45,688 nucleotides of DNA, taken from NCBI GenBank assembly GCA_030167865.1, contig JALAGF010003255.1:1-45688 (forward strand). The letters are read 5' to 3'. This DNA comes from Craspedostauros australis (Eukaryota). The notes below the pieces were generated by a model. That model was not told the origin of the DNA. It made no database searches and saw nothing but the letters and a program-made list of their open reading frames with translations. This document shows positions 11,801-23,800 of the stretch, one piece after another. How positions within the stretch are numbered: position 1 is the stretch's first letter; each line of letters starts with the position of its first letter. Both the position numbers and the translations under genes were made by a program.

Positions 11801-14800
11801 CAAACCCGAATGCCCAAACTGGTGCAATGAAAGGGAAAAAAGCAGAAATAGAGCAGACGCACGAGTATGCTCTTGCAGATCAACGCGCTGTCTGTCCGCT
11901 TGATCAGACTGCAGCCATCACATTCGTATCCATATCGTTATACATGTGATATGTAACTTACCAAAACTTCAGGGCTCTCGTGGGTCCATCATTGACGATG
12001 AGGCCAAGGATACGAATCGACGCCAGTCTTTCACGGATCTTCTCTGGCACGAGATGCGCGAGCTTGGATGGATTCAATCGCACCGTTTGGCCAACATCCG
12101 TCAACCCAATCACCTTCACCGATTCAATTCCCAGACGTGTCGCCAGCGGCGCAAGGGCCACTCTCAGCCTGAGCAGTTCGGCCATGGTTGCCGCCTTCCT
12201 GTGCACATACTTGCCTTGTCTGTACGGAATGTCCAAGGCATATGCAACGCTCTGTCCCGCTTCGACGCAGTCACCGTTGGCTGTTTTGGATCTCGAAGGC
12301 GACGAAGGTGCGAATGGTGAAGAGCGGAGATCCATCAGGTCCGATGTCGGGTTTGCTAGAACGCCGTCCTGGGCAATCCAGATGGGGAAAGGGCACGAGT
12401 TTTCAATGCGGAAGAGGGCGCCGTTGCCGAATGCATCTTCCTCGCGGAAGGAGAAATTGATTCCGAATCCACCTGTTCCAGGTCTGATCTCAACCAACGC
12501 CCGGAACGACCGGTTCAACTTTGGCGACGTGGGGTCTTCCAGATCATTCGAGGGTGCCGGTCTGGTTCTGATCGGTGCCATTCCGAGGTTGCAAATGTCG
12601 AAGCCTCCGCTCCATTGATAGACCACGGCCTGGCTGTTGGTGACTGCTGGTCGCAAACTGACCAATCCGGGCAGCCGGTAATCCGCCCAGTAGAACGCTT
12701 CCGCTTCACCTGGCTGGAGAAGCAGGAGAGAGGAGTCCGGGGCCCCCGTTTGCTTCACTTCGATAAAATATCGCTTGGAATCGTTGCGCACTATGAATCT
12801 GGGCGAGACCTTCATCAACCTGGAAAAATCACCCCATTCCCCTTCAGCGTCAGAAACAGTGTAGCACAGTTCGCACATCGTGGGATCAAGAGGGGCGCAG
12901 CCAAAATCAGCGCCATGGTTGAGCTTTGCTTTGCTTTCCTCAGGTGTGGGTGGGAAAGCCATCGGGCGCTCACCAAACTTCGAGGTCAGGGCAGACCACC
13001 TTGTCTTGAAAACGCGCAGAACGCCATGGCATGTCCCGGAGACGGGAATGACGACGGGAGCGCACCACTTGCCATCCCCCACCTTTGCTGACATCTTGAA
13101 ACCGAACGAGTGTTTCCCTTTCGACTCTTTCTTGGATTTGTGATTCTTCGCTGAGATTGCGAATGGATTCTTCTGATGTTGCTCCTGCTGTTGTATCATG
13201 GCATGGTAGTTTGATGGATGATGGAATACCTGAAGGCCTTGGAGCAGATTGGAATGTGCCTGCGACTTTGCGATCTTGCTACGATACCATCGTCTTCTCC
13301 TGAAAGAGTGGGACGGATCGAAGTTGCGGTCCGGGTGGAATGTTCCAAATCCAGCCAGCAGTCCCCGACAGCTCTCCCAGCCACTCGTTGAAGGTGACGC
13401 GTTCCCAGCGCAATCAATTGTCTGCCGAAATACCACGGAGCAAAGGCGGAAATAGGCGACAGGAAGGGAAGGGTCATCACGTAGCATGGTAGTACAGAGC
13501 ACGACCACGCTTGGATTGGACAATAAGCCACGCAAACCAAAACCAAAAACAAGCAACCCAGCCAGCAGAGAGTCAAAAAGTGAGACACAGAGGGATGCAC
13601 GTCAAGGGTGCGGTAGGTATGGTACATGTGTAATCAAACTCCGCCAATGCATCATCAGGCCAGTCAGCTATCGCCAGCTCGATTCAACTCGCTCCCAATA
13701 CGACTCGGGATGCACTTACCCATTTGTCTTCCGACCATTCCCAATGGATGTGATCCTCAACTTCGGTTGCATCATGACGAGCGCTCCGAAAGTCCTCAGA
13801 TGCCCACCACTTTCGCTTCGTCATGGAGTCCTCGACCTCAGCATATTCGAAGATTTCTTCGACGAACGTCTCCCCAACCTGATTTGGGAGGCTTCGAATG
13901 TCACCAGTGTCGGCTTTGTTCTTCGAGTCCTTGCCACCAAGACCGATGCCTCTGTCGCCAAATTCCAGAACGCTGGACAATTCCATCAGCGCTGACTCGG
14001 CCGTGAATCTCGCCACCGACTGATCCGTATTTCTCATGTAGGCCTCGATCTCGTTCGATTGTCCTATCATTTGATGCACTGGACAGCCGAAGTCCAGCGG
14101 AAGTTTCGTCAGATTCCGGATCCAGAAAGCTGCATAGACGTTGACTTCGATGCCGTAAAATGAATTCAAACTTGAATCTTCATGTTTGCCTGGGAAAGAC
14201 ATCATCTTGGGAGTCATCTTCAGACCAATCGTTTGCGGTCCGAAAGCCGTGTCGGGGATTTGAATATCGAGGAGGCTCGTGTATGCTTCGCGCTGCGCCA
14301 ATGGCATCGAAGCGCTTGGACTTGAGTTGCTGTGCCTCTTCTTGTGCTTGCGAGCATCAACCTCAAGTGCGATCGGCGCCCATTCAGTCCAACGTTTGCT
14401 GCTCGCGGACTTGAATCGAGCAATGATGAGGTCTTCCTCGCAATTACATTCGAAGACGTTGGAGTAATGGCCACTCTGCAATCTGGTCTCGCCGAGCTCC
14501 TGGTCTCCCTGGCTCACCTTGATGGGGAGAGACCGTTTTGATTGCGACGGCGTTGATGGCAAACATGTCAGGCTCGAACGTGAAGACTTGATTGCCTTCA
14601 CCTGAAATGTGATTTCTGCTGGGAGCATGTTCCTCACGGTGAGGCCCGCATCGATATCTACGGCAAGCATATCGTACCCACCATTCAGCGGTATGGACTT
14701 CAGCTGTGCTCGTCGTCTCTCCTTTGATTGATGGGCAAGCGACTGGACCTTGCTCAGGCTCGCACCACAGCAAGACAGCCAGGCGGCCTTGCGATCAAGG

Positions 14801-17800
14801 TTGCCCTCAGAGTTGCAACGCATGAACTTCCTCCCGCTGAACGAGCGCCCCCATCGCCACACAAGAGCTTTCGGATGATGTGAGGATTCCACATCACGAT
14901 CCAGTTTAAAGTCGAGGATGTGATGCTCTCCCCATGCGTACTGCTTGCCGCCGACTGGCCTAGCGAAGACACGGATGGGTTGGAATTTCAGCGTGAGCCA
15001 CAGCGGCAAAAAATATGGCTTGTCAAATGATGCCACGCCAATTTGACGGATCGACGTCGTGTCATCTTCGTCAACTGTCGCCATAATCGTACCTGCGCCC
15101 ACCATCCCCTCCTCAGAGGACTCTACCTCGACAACACCCACGGCGATGGATGTATCTAAACAGCTTGAGGATACTCTCACGGCGCTGCTGAGCGTAAGGA
15201 CCCTGCGGTTGTCCTCAATCTCCACGCTCCAAACCAACGGAATATCGAAGGCGGTGGGCGCCCCTGGAGTTTCCGCCTGGGAAAGCTGAGGCATCGCTTT
15301 CGTGACGTGCAGATATTTCATGAAGTTGCCCACCTTGTGCACTTTGAGATTTTGGATTGGGCTCATTTGGATGCCTGGGAGAGCCTGGATGGCAACCGTG
15401 AGGCTTGGGAAGTGACCATCGTAGCTACGCACCTTGCCGGAGGCGAAATGTTTGGATAGGTCGGTTCTATCTCGCTCTGTACCGCCTCGGGCAATCGTGG
15501 ATATTGGCACAATGTCCAAGTCGAATCGTGCTTCATCTTGGTCTGCGACAATCGTCAACACATTCTTGTCATGGTCCATGAGGCCAGAATACTCCCCTAT
15601 CGGTGCCCAGCTTCGACGCTTGGAAGGCGGAACGTCTCTAGCACCCTTGTGCACAAACGCAATCGATACACCTGTCTTGTTGCGAAAGACGAAAGGCTTG
15701 GCTGACTCTGATTTTCGGCTTGTGGCAGCGCCTCTCTTGGTGGCAAAAGAAAGGGCAGCTTGAGCCGCTGCCTGCTGAGTCGCTGCTTGTTCTGATGCCA
15801 CTGTCTTCGTTGGAGAACCAAGACGAATACTGCCATCGATGATGGAGATTTCTCCGTTGACTGGCCCATCCTGTGCCATGCGGTCGAGCGTTTCGTCACG
15901 ATCGGCCGTAGACGAACGCCATTCCTGCCATTGCTCTAGACCTTTCGATAACACCTCTGCTGAGGCATCTGATAAGTTCAACGTGACCATTCCTCCGTCG
16001 GATGCTGCCATCGCTTCGTCTGTCGATCGCTGACCTTCCGCAAAAGACGAATCGGAAAGTTCAACCGCAAGTTGCATGGGTCGAAGCGTGACCAGGTTCC
16101 CCTGTTGGCGTTCCACCTGAACACAGAATCGAGACGATTCTAGCAGCGGTTCCCAAACCGCGATCCTCGGGTGGAAGTAGTCCAACGAGCAGACGGCGCC
16201 GAATCGAACGACGAACACTTGATCTGTCTTGATTTCATCAATGAGCTCACGAAGGGCGACGTCCTGACCGAACTCATCGATTAAGATCCCATCCTGCGGT
16301 GCGGCGAAGAGTGCTGGCGAAGCGGCGTCGATGCCTTGTGCCTCCACCCCAAGCCCGCGCTGAAGGCGAAGCTCAATGTTGCGGAGCGACCCACGAAAGA
16401 GCGGCATGTCTCTGCCTCTCAAGTCATCGATCAATGAAAGCGTGACATCCACCGCCGTGAAATCCACGGCATCGATGTTGCCCCAGAATACTGAGTCAGC
16501 CTCAAGCAGTCCAATTTCATACCTCGCACCCTGCGGCGGTTCATTTGATCCATGCAGGGATGATGCGTGATTGCCGTTCACGAAGTCTTGTAACATTGAC
16601 ATTGCCTTCTCGTGCCCCATGTCAACCACGGGTTTGCCGTTGATGGAGACTACGATGGCACCAGGTCGTGGTATACGCGTGTTTGCGGGCATTCCAGCTC
16701 GCTTGGCTCGTTGTGGTTGAGATGTCGTCATCTTCGGTGTTTCGTCCAGAGCAGATGATGATGCGAACTGTTCATCGATGCCCAACACGACGGGGAAATC
16801 ACCCACGGCGCTCCTCTCAAGTTCCAGTCCGTGGCTTGCGCCAGAACGGAGAGAGATTGTGTAGGAAACGATTAGTCTGTCGATGTCGATGGTACTCAGT
16901 GCGCTGATGTTCCGGCTCCCGATTCGAGCGCTTTGACGTGGTGCTCGACGACCCACGCTCAACGAAATTCTCGGTGGGTTGGTTCCGGATCGTTGTTCTG
17001 TTGAGATGAATGTCACCAGTGTTGGTCTCTTGACGGTTGCCACATGCTGCACGACACGCTCCAACGACCAACCATCGACGTCGGTATCGTCGATCTTCAT
17101 GACGACGTCTCCGATACTCACCGATTCGAAGATACTAGCATCTTGGATGCTATCGACTATCACATGGTCATCCACGCTTTTCAACCCAAGGCCAAGTCGG
17201 GTCTGTTCAAACAGAATGGTGTACGATGGCCTCGGTGCTAGAGCCTTGACCTCCTTCGCTTGTCTGCGCGAATCGCTGGACCAGCGCTTCATCACAGCTT
17301 CTATGAGCCCAAGGTCTTCAAAGCTGAGCATCGTCGAAACCGGTTCAACTGCCACAGACAACGTCCGTTGTGTTGGAAAAAGCGCCTGGGACACCTGACA
17401 GAACTCGATGCCTGCAGTCACGGGTTGGATCAAGGCAACTCCCAGAGATCCAGCGGATGGGAGGCGCGATTCTATCTGGGAATGGAAGGATTCTGCCGCA
17501 GATTCTGGCACTTCGCCGATCAGATCGAGGTGTGTCTGTCGGAACCGCAATGCTTCGGACACGTCAGGGTTAATGTAGCTCTCCAAAGCCTGAAGTTGCG
17601 CATCCAAAGCAGACACCCTTTGCACAGTGTCACTGACATCACCATCATCGTTTCTTTCGTCCTGGGCCCTTCGAACGATTTTTGTCGCTTGCACAATTGC
17701 CAGCCTGCGTTGTTGGTGGAGGGGAAGCGGATCAGTGTTCACGAGTACGAAATATTATGAGTGGCGAAGTGCTGCGTGTTGACACATCACTCAAAGTACT

Positions 17801-20800
17801 CGCACAAGCAAACCGTGAAACGAACACAAAGGCAAAGGCAACAGCGGAGGCAAAAGCAGAGACAGACGCATATGCGATGCAACGTCACAGCAGGATGCTG
17901 TGGTAGAATCAACACTCAGACTTCTTGTGATCTCAGAACAAGCATTTCGCAACGTACCCTTTGAGAACGAGCGCACGGGAATTCAGGTTGCTCTCGTCAG
18001 CGAGGAAGAAGACTTGTGGGTAGTGAGCGATGAATTTCATATGCAGCCCGAAGCAGGAAGTCTTCTGTTGGCTCTTCTGGATCGCCAGGGCCTCGACGTT
18101 CGCGTCATCCACTGACCCCGACGTCGCCAGCGTTTGATTGGGAGCGTCGAATTCGTTGTGCCAGGAACACGAGAGAAAGTCGAGCGTTTCTTCCAAAGGC
18201 CTGATAAGTGCATTGAGCGTGAGGTGATAAATCCCAACACGCACTGTGTACATGCTGGACCCAGCAGGAAGCTTGAAAGCTCCCGCGCTGTCATCATTCA
18301 GATGGTCAGTCGCATCCATCGTCCGTTTCTCAAGGGATACGACCAGTTGTGGGCTCCTCTCATCTGCCTCGTTGCCATCGATCTTCATGTTGCCGTCTCT
18401 CTCATCAGCCACCTTCGGCGCGTACCCCTCCGCAATGACGGCGAAGGGACAGTGGACTCGCGAGGCATGCCCATCCGCAGGCGGTCGCTCCTGATAACTT
18501 GATTGCAGTCTTTGGTAGTACTGGTCTCTCAATAGCCGCCCTGAGTCTCCCAGATCGAAAAGCCCAATTTGAGACAACGAGAGCTTGAAAATCAGATTGC
18601 CATTCGAATAGACTTGAGCAACAGCCTCGACATGTTTCACTGACATCATTATCACGTCGTAGTCGAACGCTGCGGCCGTTCCAGCATCGAGAGGCAATCC
18701 AGCGACTGGATCGTTGCGATGCAACCGGAGGGAGACACCTTCCAGGGTGAATGCTACATCGACATTGATCGAAGGTTCGGGCGATGTGACATCCGCGCCA
18801 CCATTGCCGCCATCCGAGCGCGGTTGGCTCTTCGCAGCTTGCCTCTTCGATCCTCGTCCATATCGAACAAATCGGGCATTGGCTGCGTATGTCACGGTGG
18901 ATCCCGTCCGAGCAATGGCATCCGTGCCCTCGTCAGGTAGACTTGAGGTTTGGTTGCGATCTCCATCTTCGTATTCGTTCAGCCAGTACTGCTTTTCCAC
19001 GTTGTCCCAGCTGTCTGTGTCCACAGTATGTGCGATGTTGTCACGGAGCGTCGCCTTGAGAAGACAGTACTCAACATACTTCATGTTGCATTCAATCATG
19101 GACAGGCCACAATTGATGTGCATTGTGCCGCTCGAAGAAATTGGTCTCCGCAACATCAGCTTCAGGTTATGCGGCATGATGAATGGGAGATGGAACGAAT
19201 CATCGTTGTCCACACTGTGATAAGTCCCCGCCGACTGTCCTTCAATTCTCAGCGAGAGCACACGCCACCATTCAATCTTGCCAGGATGGGAGTTGCCTGT
19301 TCCGGCACCATCCTCAACATTGACATCATCATCAGCAGCAACATTCACACCATCGCTGGGCAAAGCTTCGAACCAACTAGTGAGGCCAACATCTCCTGTG
19401 TGCCCCGCCAATGAAAGAAAGGGTGACACAAAGGCAAGGAATACAGATGTGCGTTAGTGCAGATTTGGACGAGTTCGAGACATCGCAGCAAGAACACGCC
19501 ACTCCAGTTTAGCCACAAGCGTGCCGGAGGCGAGCAACAAAGCGGGATCAGTCATCGTCCAGTGCGTATGCAGGACGTGCAATGGGAAACGGACTGCAAA
19601 CTTACCAAGCTTCAATGATAATCCACGCTCAGTGTCATGCTTTTGGGGCACCAGAACGTGGGGCGAATCGACGTTGATCTCCAGAAAGCTCCTTGTCACG
19701 ATGCGATCGCTGATGAAGCCCTTCGCTGCTTTCGAGGTGGCGCCCATTCCTTTTCCCGGAAGGCCGTTCGAGAGGTAGTCCAGGATCTCTGCTGTCCTCT
19801 CGCGCAAGAACACAAGCTTGAGCGCGGCGACGGACACGCAGAGGTAATCATCGATGTCTGGGCCATCACGAAGTCGATCGTTGATCCATGGAGGCAAAGC
19901 ATTCGCGGCTTGCATGCCCTCATTTCCCTTCTTGCTCTTGGTGTAGCTGACCTTCAGGAAGGCAGGGCTACTGGCTGCTACGCCATCGTCTCTGACAACA
20001 GACAGAGCCATCCTATTCGCATCTGGCATCGTCATGCCCGGCCTCGACTTTTCGGGTTCCCAAGCGTACAGATCACCCAGATGACCATGGACCGACAGCA
20101 CCGACTCTGAGGACAGCAGTTCGGCTCTGTAGTCGGACAGATTGATTTCCAAGAGCCTGCGCAGCTGATGTTCCTTGTTCAGGCAGACCTTCAATCTTTG
20201 AAGCTCGATGACGGCATGGATCGTTTCGTGGACTTCGTCGTGGACCTCGGTGGTCGGGATTTTCGATGTGTCATTCGATGGCGTCTGCGCATGCTGCGAT
20301 GAATTGCGATCTGTGCTTGGCTGCGTCTGGATTTTATCGAGACTCGTTGACGTGGCCTTCTTCAGACGTCCGAGGAAGCGTTGTACCGCGATCACTGTTG
20401 ATGGATTCCATTGGATCACCATTTCATGAAGCTTGGCGTTGTAGCTGGTCGACTTCCCGCGAATGATGTCTTGAGTGACATCGATGGATCCATGAGGGGA
20501 TGAGGGGCTGCTGCTGACACCATCGCGAGGCAATCGTCCTGAACTCTTGTCGCCATTTTTTTGTAGATGAATGGTGCATCGTTTCAAGAAGCTGTCCGAA
20601 TGTCCAAATTCATCCTCCTCGTTCCTTTCCAACCGAAAATCATCCCATTCCAGCAGGCCGGTACGAGCCGGGCGATGGCCGCTATTGCCGCCATCGATTG
20701 GATGGCCGCCAGTCATAATCGCCTGTCGGAAGATGGAATCCGGTGGTTGTAAGCAATCAATCAACTCCAAGCTTTCCAACCGCAGTCTTGTGGACGAAGA

Positions 20801-23800
20801 GGAATGAACGCCGCTTGAATCCGTGTCATCCTCCACATGGATATCACCTTCGTCTGTGCCCAATGTCGCACCATCGACTGACGCACGGGTTGGTGCGGCT
20901 GCGATGTTGATTCTGTCCTCCCTGCGATGCGCAATCGCACCGAAACGCAGCGTCAAGAGCTCCTGGTTTCTGGCGAAATGCCTCTTGCTGTCATCGACGA
21001 GGCAAACAGTGATGCCACTGCATTCGATCTCACTGATGGAAAATGCAGCTTGTGGTGAAGGTGATGTTGCGTCGTGGCTCTTGGTGGCATCCGAAGATGT
21101 TTGCGCTTCGTCTTCGTGCTGATTATCCGCGACGGCTGGTTTGCTGGCTGAGACCATCCTGTAGTCCTGAATTGCTGTGCATGCAACGTCTGCCGCGATG
21201 AGGAGGTCAGTGTACGATGCTTGCACCTTGACCACGTCTGTGCTGATTTTGAAGCTGTGGTGCGAGCATGTGCGTTCACGGGTCAGATCACATCGCTGCG
21301 TGTACATGGCAACATTGAGCGGGTGAATCAAAGAATGTTTTGCGCCTTCCGAATGCGATGAACGTCGCGACGATGAGTACGTGTATATCTCCAATCCACT
21401 CATGAACATCGAACGCTTGATTTGGTTGGCCCTCATGTCGTTCGAGTGCAAAAATTCCATATTCTGTATACCAAGCGCGATGTAGTCCGAGTTGGGGGAT
21501 GCTTCTTGGACGCCAACGATGATGCTGGGTTCTTTCAGGAGCAGTCTGAATTGGAACAGAGCTTGCCGTTGAAGTGATGCTTGGCTGAACTTCGTGGCGT
21601 CGTAATCGGGCGATCCCGCGATGGATTGCAACCAATTCGTGATCCTCTGTGCTCTTGGTCCACCTGCTTCAACTTTGTCCTGATTGGACGGAGTGGGCAT
21701 GCTTCCGATGCGATACCATCGATCGCCAACCTGAATGGAGCATTTCACTTCCTCGGGCGTCATCACAGTCGGGTCAGGACGAGATTGGAAGAAGCCCATG
21801 AAGCGAATCCACGCAGGAACGATCATGTAAATCGTGCCACCGTCAATGTCCACTGTCTTGATGCTGTCGAACGTGGGCTTGAACATAGATGTGTACATGA
21901 AGTCGCGGTTCGGTGCCCGATCGTGCTGTACATCTTTCGGCTGGGGATTCCTTTTCGCTTCCTTCTTTGTTGAAAGCAACGTGAAGACCTCGCCCGCAGT
22001 GTCATCGCGCGTTTTTGTCTTTGGTACCCGGATTTCGATGTCACACTCGACGCGTTGGCGAGAGATCCTATCCTTCGGTTTCAGCATCCGCCAGAGCAAG
22101 TTGGAGCACTCGGCGACGGCCAGAATGCTGCGATTGTCATCTTCCTCGTCAAGCATCACGAACCTGAGCTCGCCAATTTCAGTGCGCACCGAGTACGTTG
22201 TCGGGACCACATCTTTCTTGTCGTATGGGAAATGCACTGCGATGGTGTCATTGTACCGTGACAGCACGGATGGCATGAATGACTGCAGCACGCTCCATTC
22301 ATGTTGGTGCCTTGAAGCCTCGCCGATGTTGTACGTGAGGATGTGCTGGAGCAAGGCATAATCAACGCGCCGAAGCTCGATTGTTAATGCCTGCAGTGTG
22401 CAATTCACCTTCCACTTCGGCGTGATGAGAAATGCGTATGGCCCGACAGGCCAGTTGACTTTGATGCCGAGCGTGACTGGACGTTGACTCAAGTCTCTGC
22501 CGCACCAGCTCGAGAGCTTCAAGTCCTCCATCTGACACGATAGGTTGTTGTACCATTGCATCCGCTTCCCCGGAAGGTTGGGCTGGGATGGGTTCTTCTC
22601 CAGATCGATGTCACCCATGTAGAAGTTGTGGAACGCTATGCGGCTCATCTCCAACCGGATGAAGTGCGGGGATCGGTAGGTAATCGGCAAGAGGATGACG
22701 GGGGTCTCGATTTCGACATTGAATCTTGTGAAGCCGAAGTCTTCTGCTCCAGAGCCAGGCATAGCTTTGCTTGCGTCGAGGGAATAGATCTTCTCCATGT
22801 CCAATGAATTCATCTTCGGTGGAAGACCTCCCCACACTTCGTTGCCAATCACTGCCGCGAAGAAATAGTCAACGATCTCCGACCACAACTGCTCCAGCAA
22901 CACGAACCGCATCGGGCTGAATTTCGCGTCTATGTGGAAGTTGCACCCGGCAACCTCGCCCTTTTCCCGATCGATGAACACCCCTCTGGACATGTCGTTG
23001 GCATACTCGGAGGCATCGTCCACGAATGTCTTCTTCGATCTGGGGTTGATCATGATCTCCATGTGAAGCAAGGAGGTCTTCGGATCGTCGCTTCTTCCGG
23101 TGAAGTTCTCAGTTTGCAGGCCAAGAATCTCACTGTACAGAGTTTGGTTCGTGCTCGCATCTGGGTCCAAAAAGACGAGATTGCCCAGCCTCATCCGAGT
23201 CAATGAACCCCCTTCGGGTCGGCTGCAGTAGTCGATCGAGGTTGCGTCCATTTGGGCCACGAAGACGGCTCGATGTCTGGCGTCCTTGTTGAAGGAAACG
23301 CGGAGTTTTGCCAACGTGAAGGAGAAATCCAGTGACTTTTTTGGCTGCTCGGAATCGGTGTCTGGTGTGTCCACGATCTGAGTGCTCGGCTGTCGTTGCA
23401 GCGTCGTCGATTCGCTTGGGACTAGGCCATTGTTCTGCAACAGGGTTGGGAGAGACTTGGACGGGGCTGGTGTTGACAGCATGCCAATATTGCTCATGAG
23501 GAAAGCGGGTCTCTGATGCTGTGTTTGGTTCCGAATGAGCGATTCGTCGCCATCCATGGCTGCAATAGTGAAATCATAATCATCAATGTCGGTCATCTCG
23601 TACACTCCACCAACCTTCTCATCAGCATCGAAGAATTCATCTTCCACGGCATCGAAGAATGCATCATCCGAGCTCTTGTATGATTTGCTGTCATCTGTGA
23701 CGAGCGGTGCTTCGGCGAGTTGCGACTCTTGCGGAACGCGAATTGCCGTCTGAATTGCCACCAGCGTCTCAGGATTCCATTCTATGAAGAGTTCATGGAA

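Noticed and set aside
11236..19429. ORFs of 126, 532, 1352 and 498 aa treated as separate genes
   Set aside because: Their listed starts and ends fall in intronic sequence, and frame-consistent splice sites join them into the single VPS13 gene.
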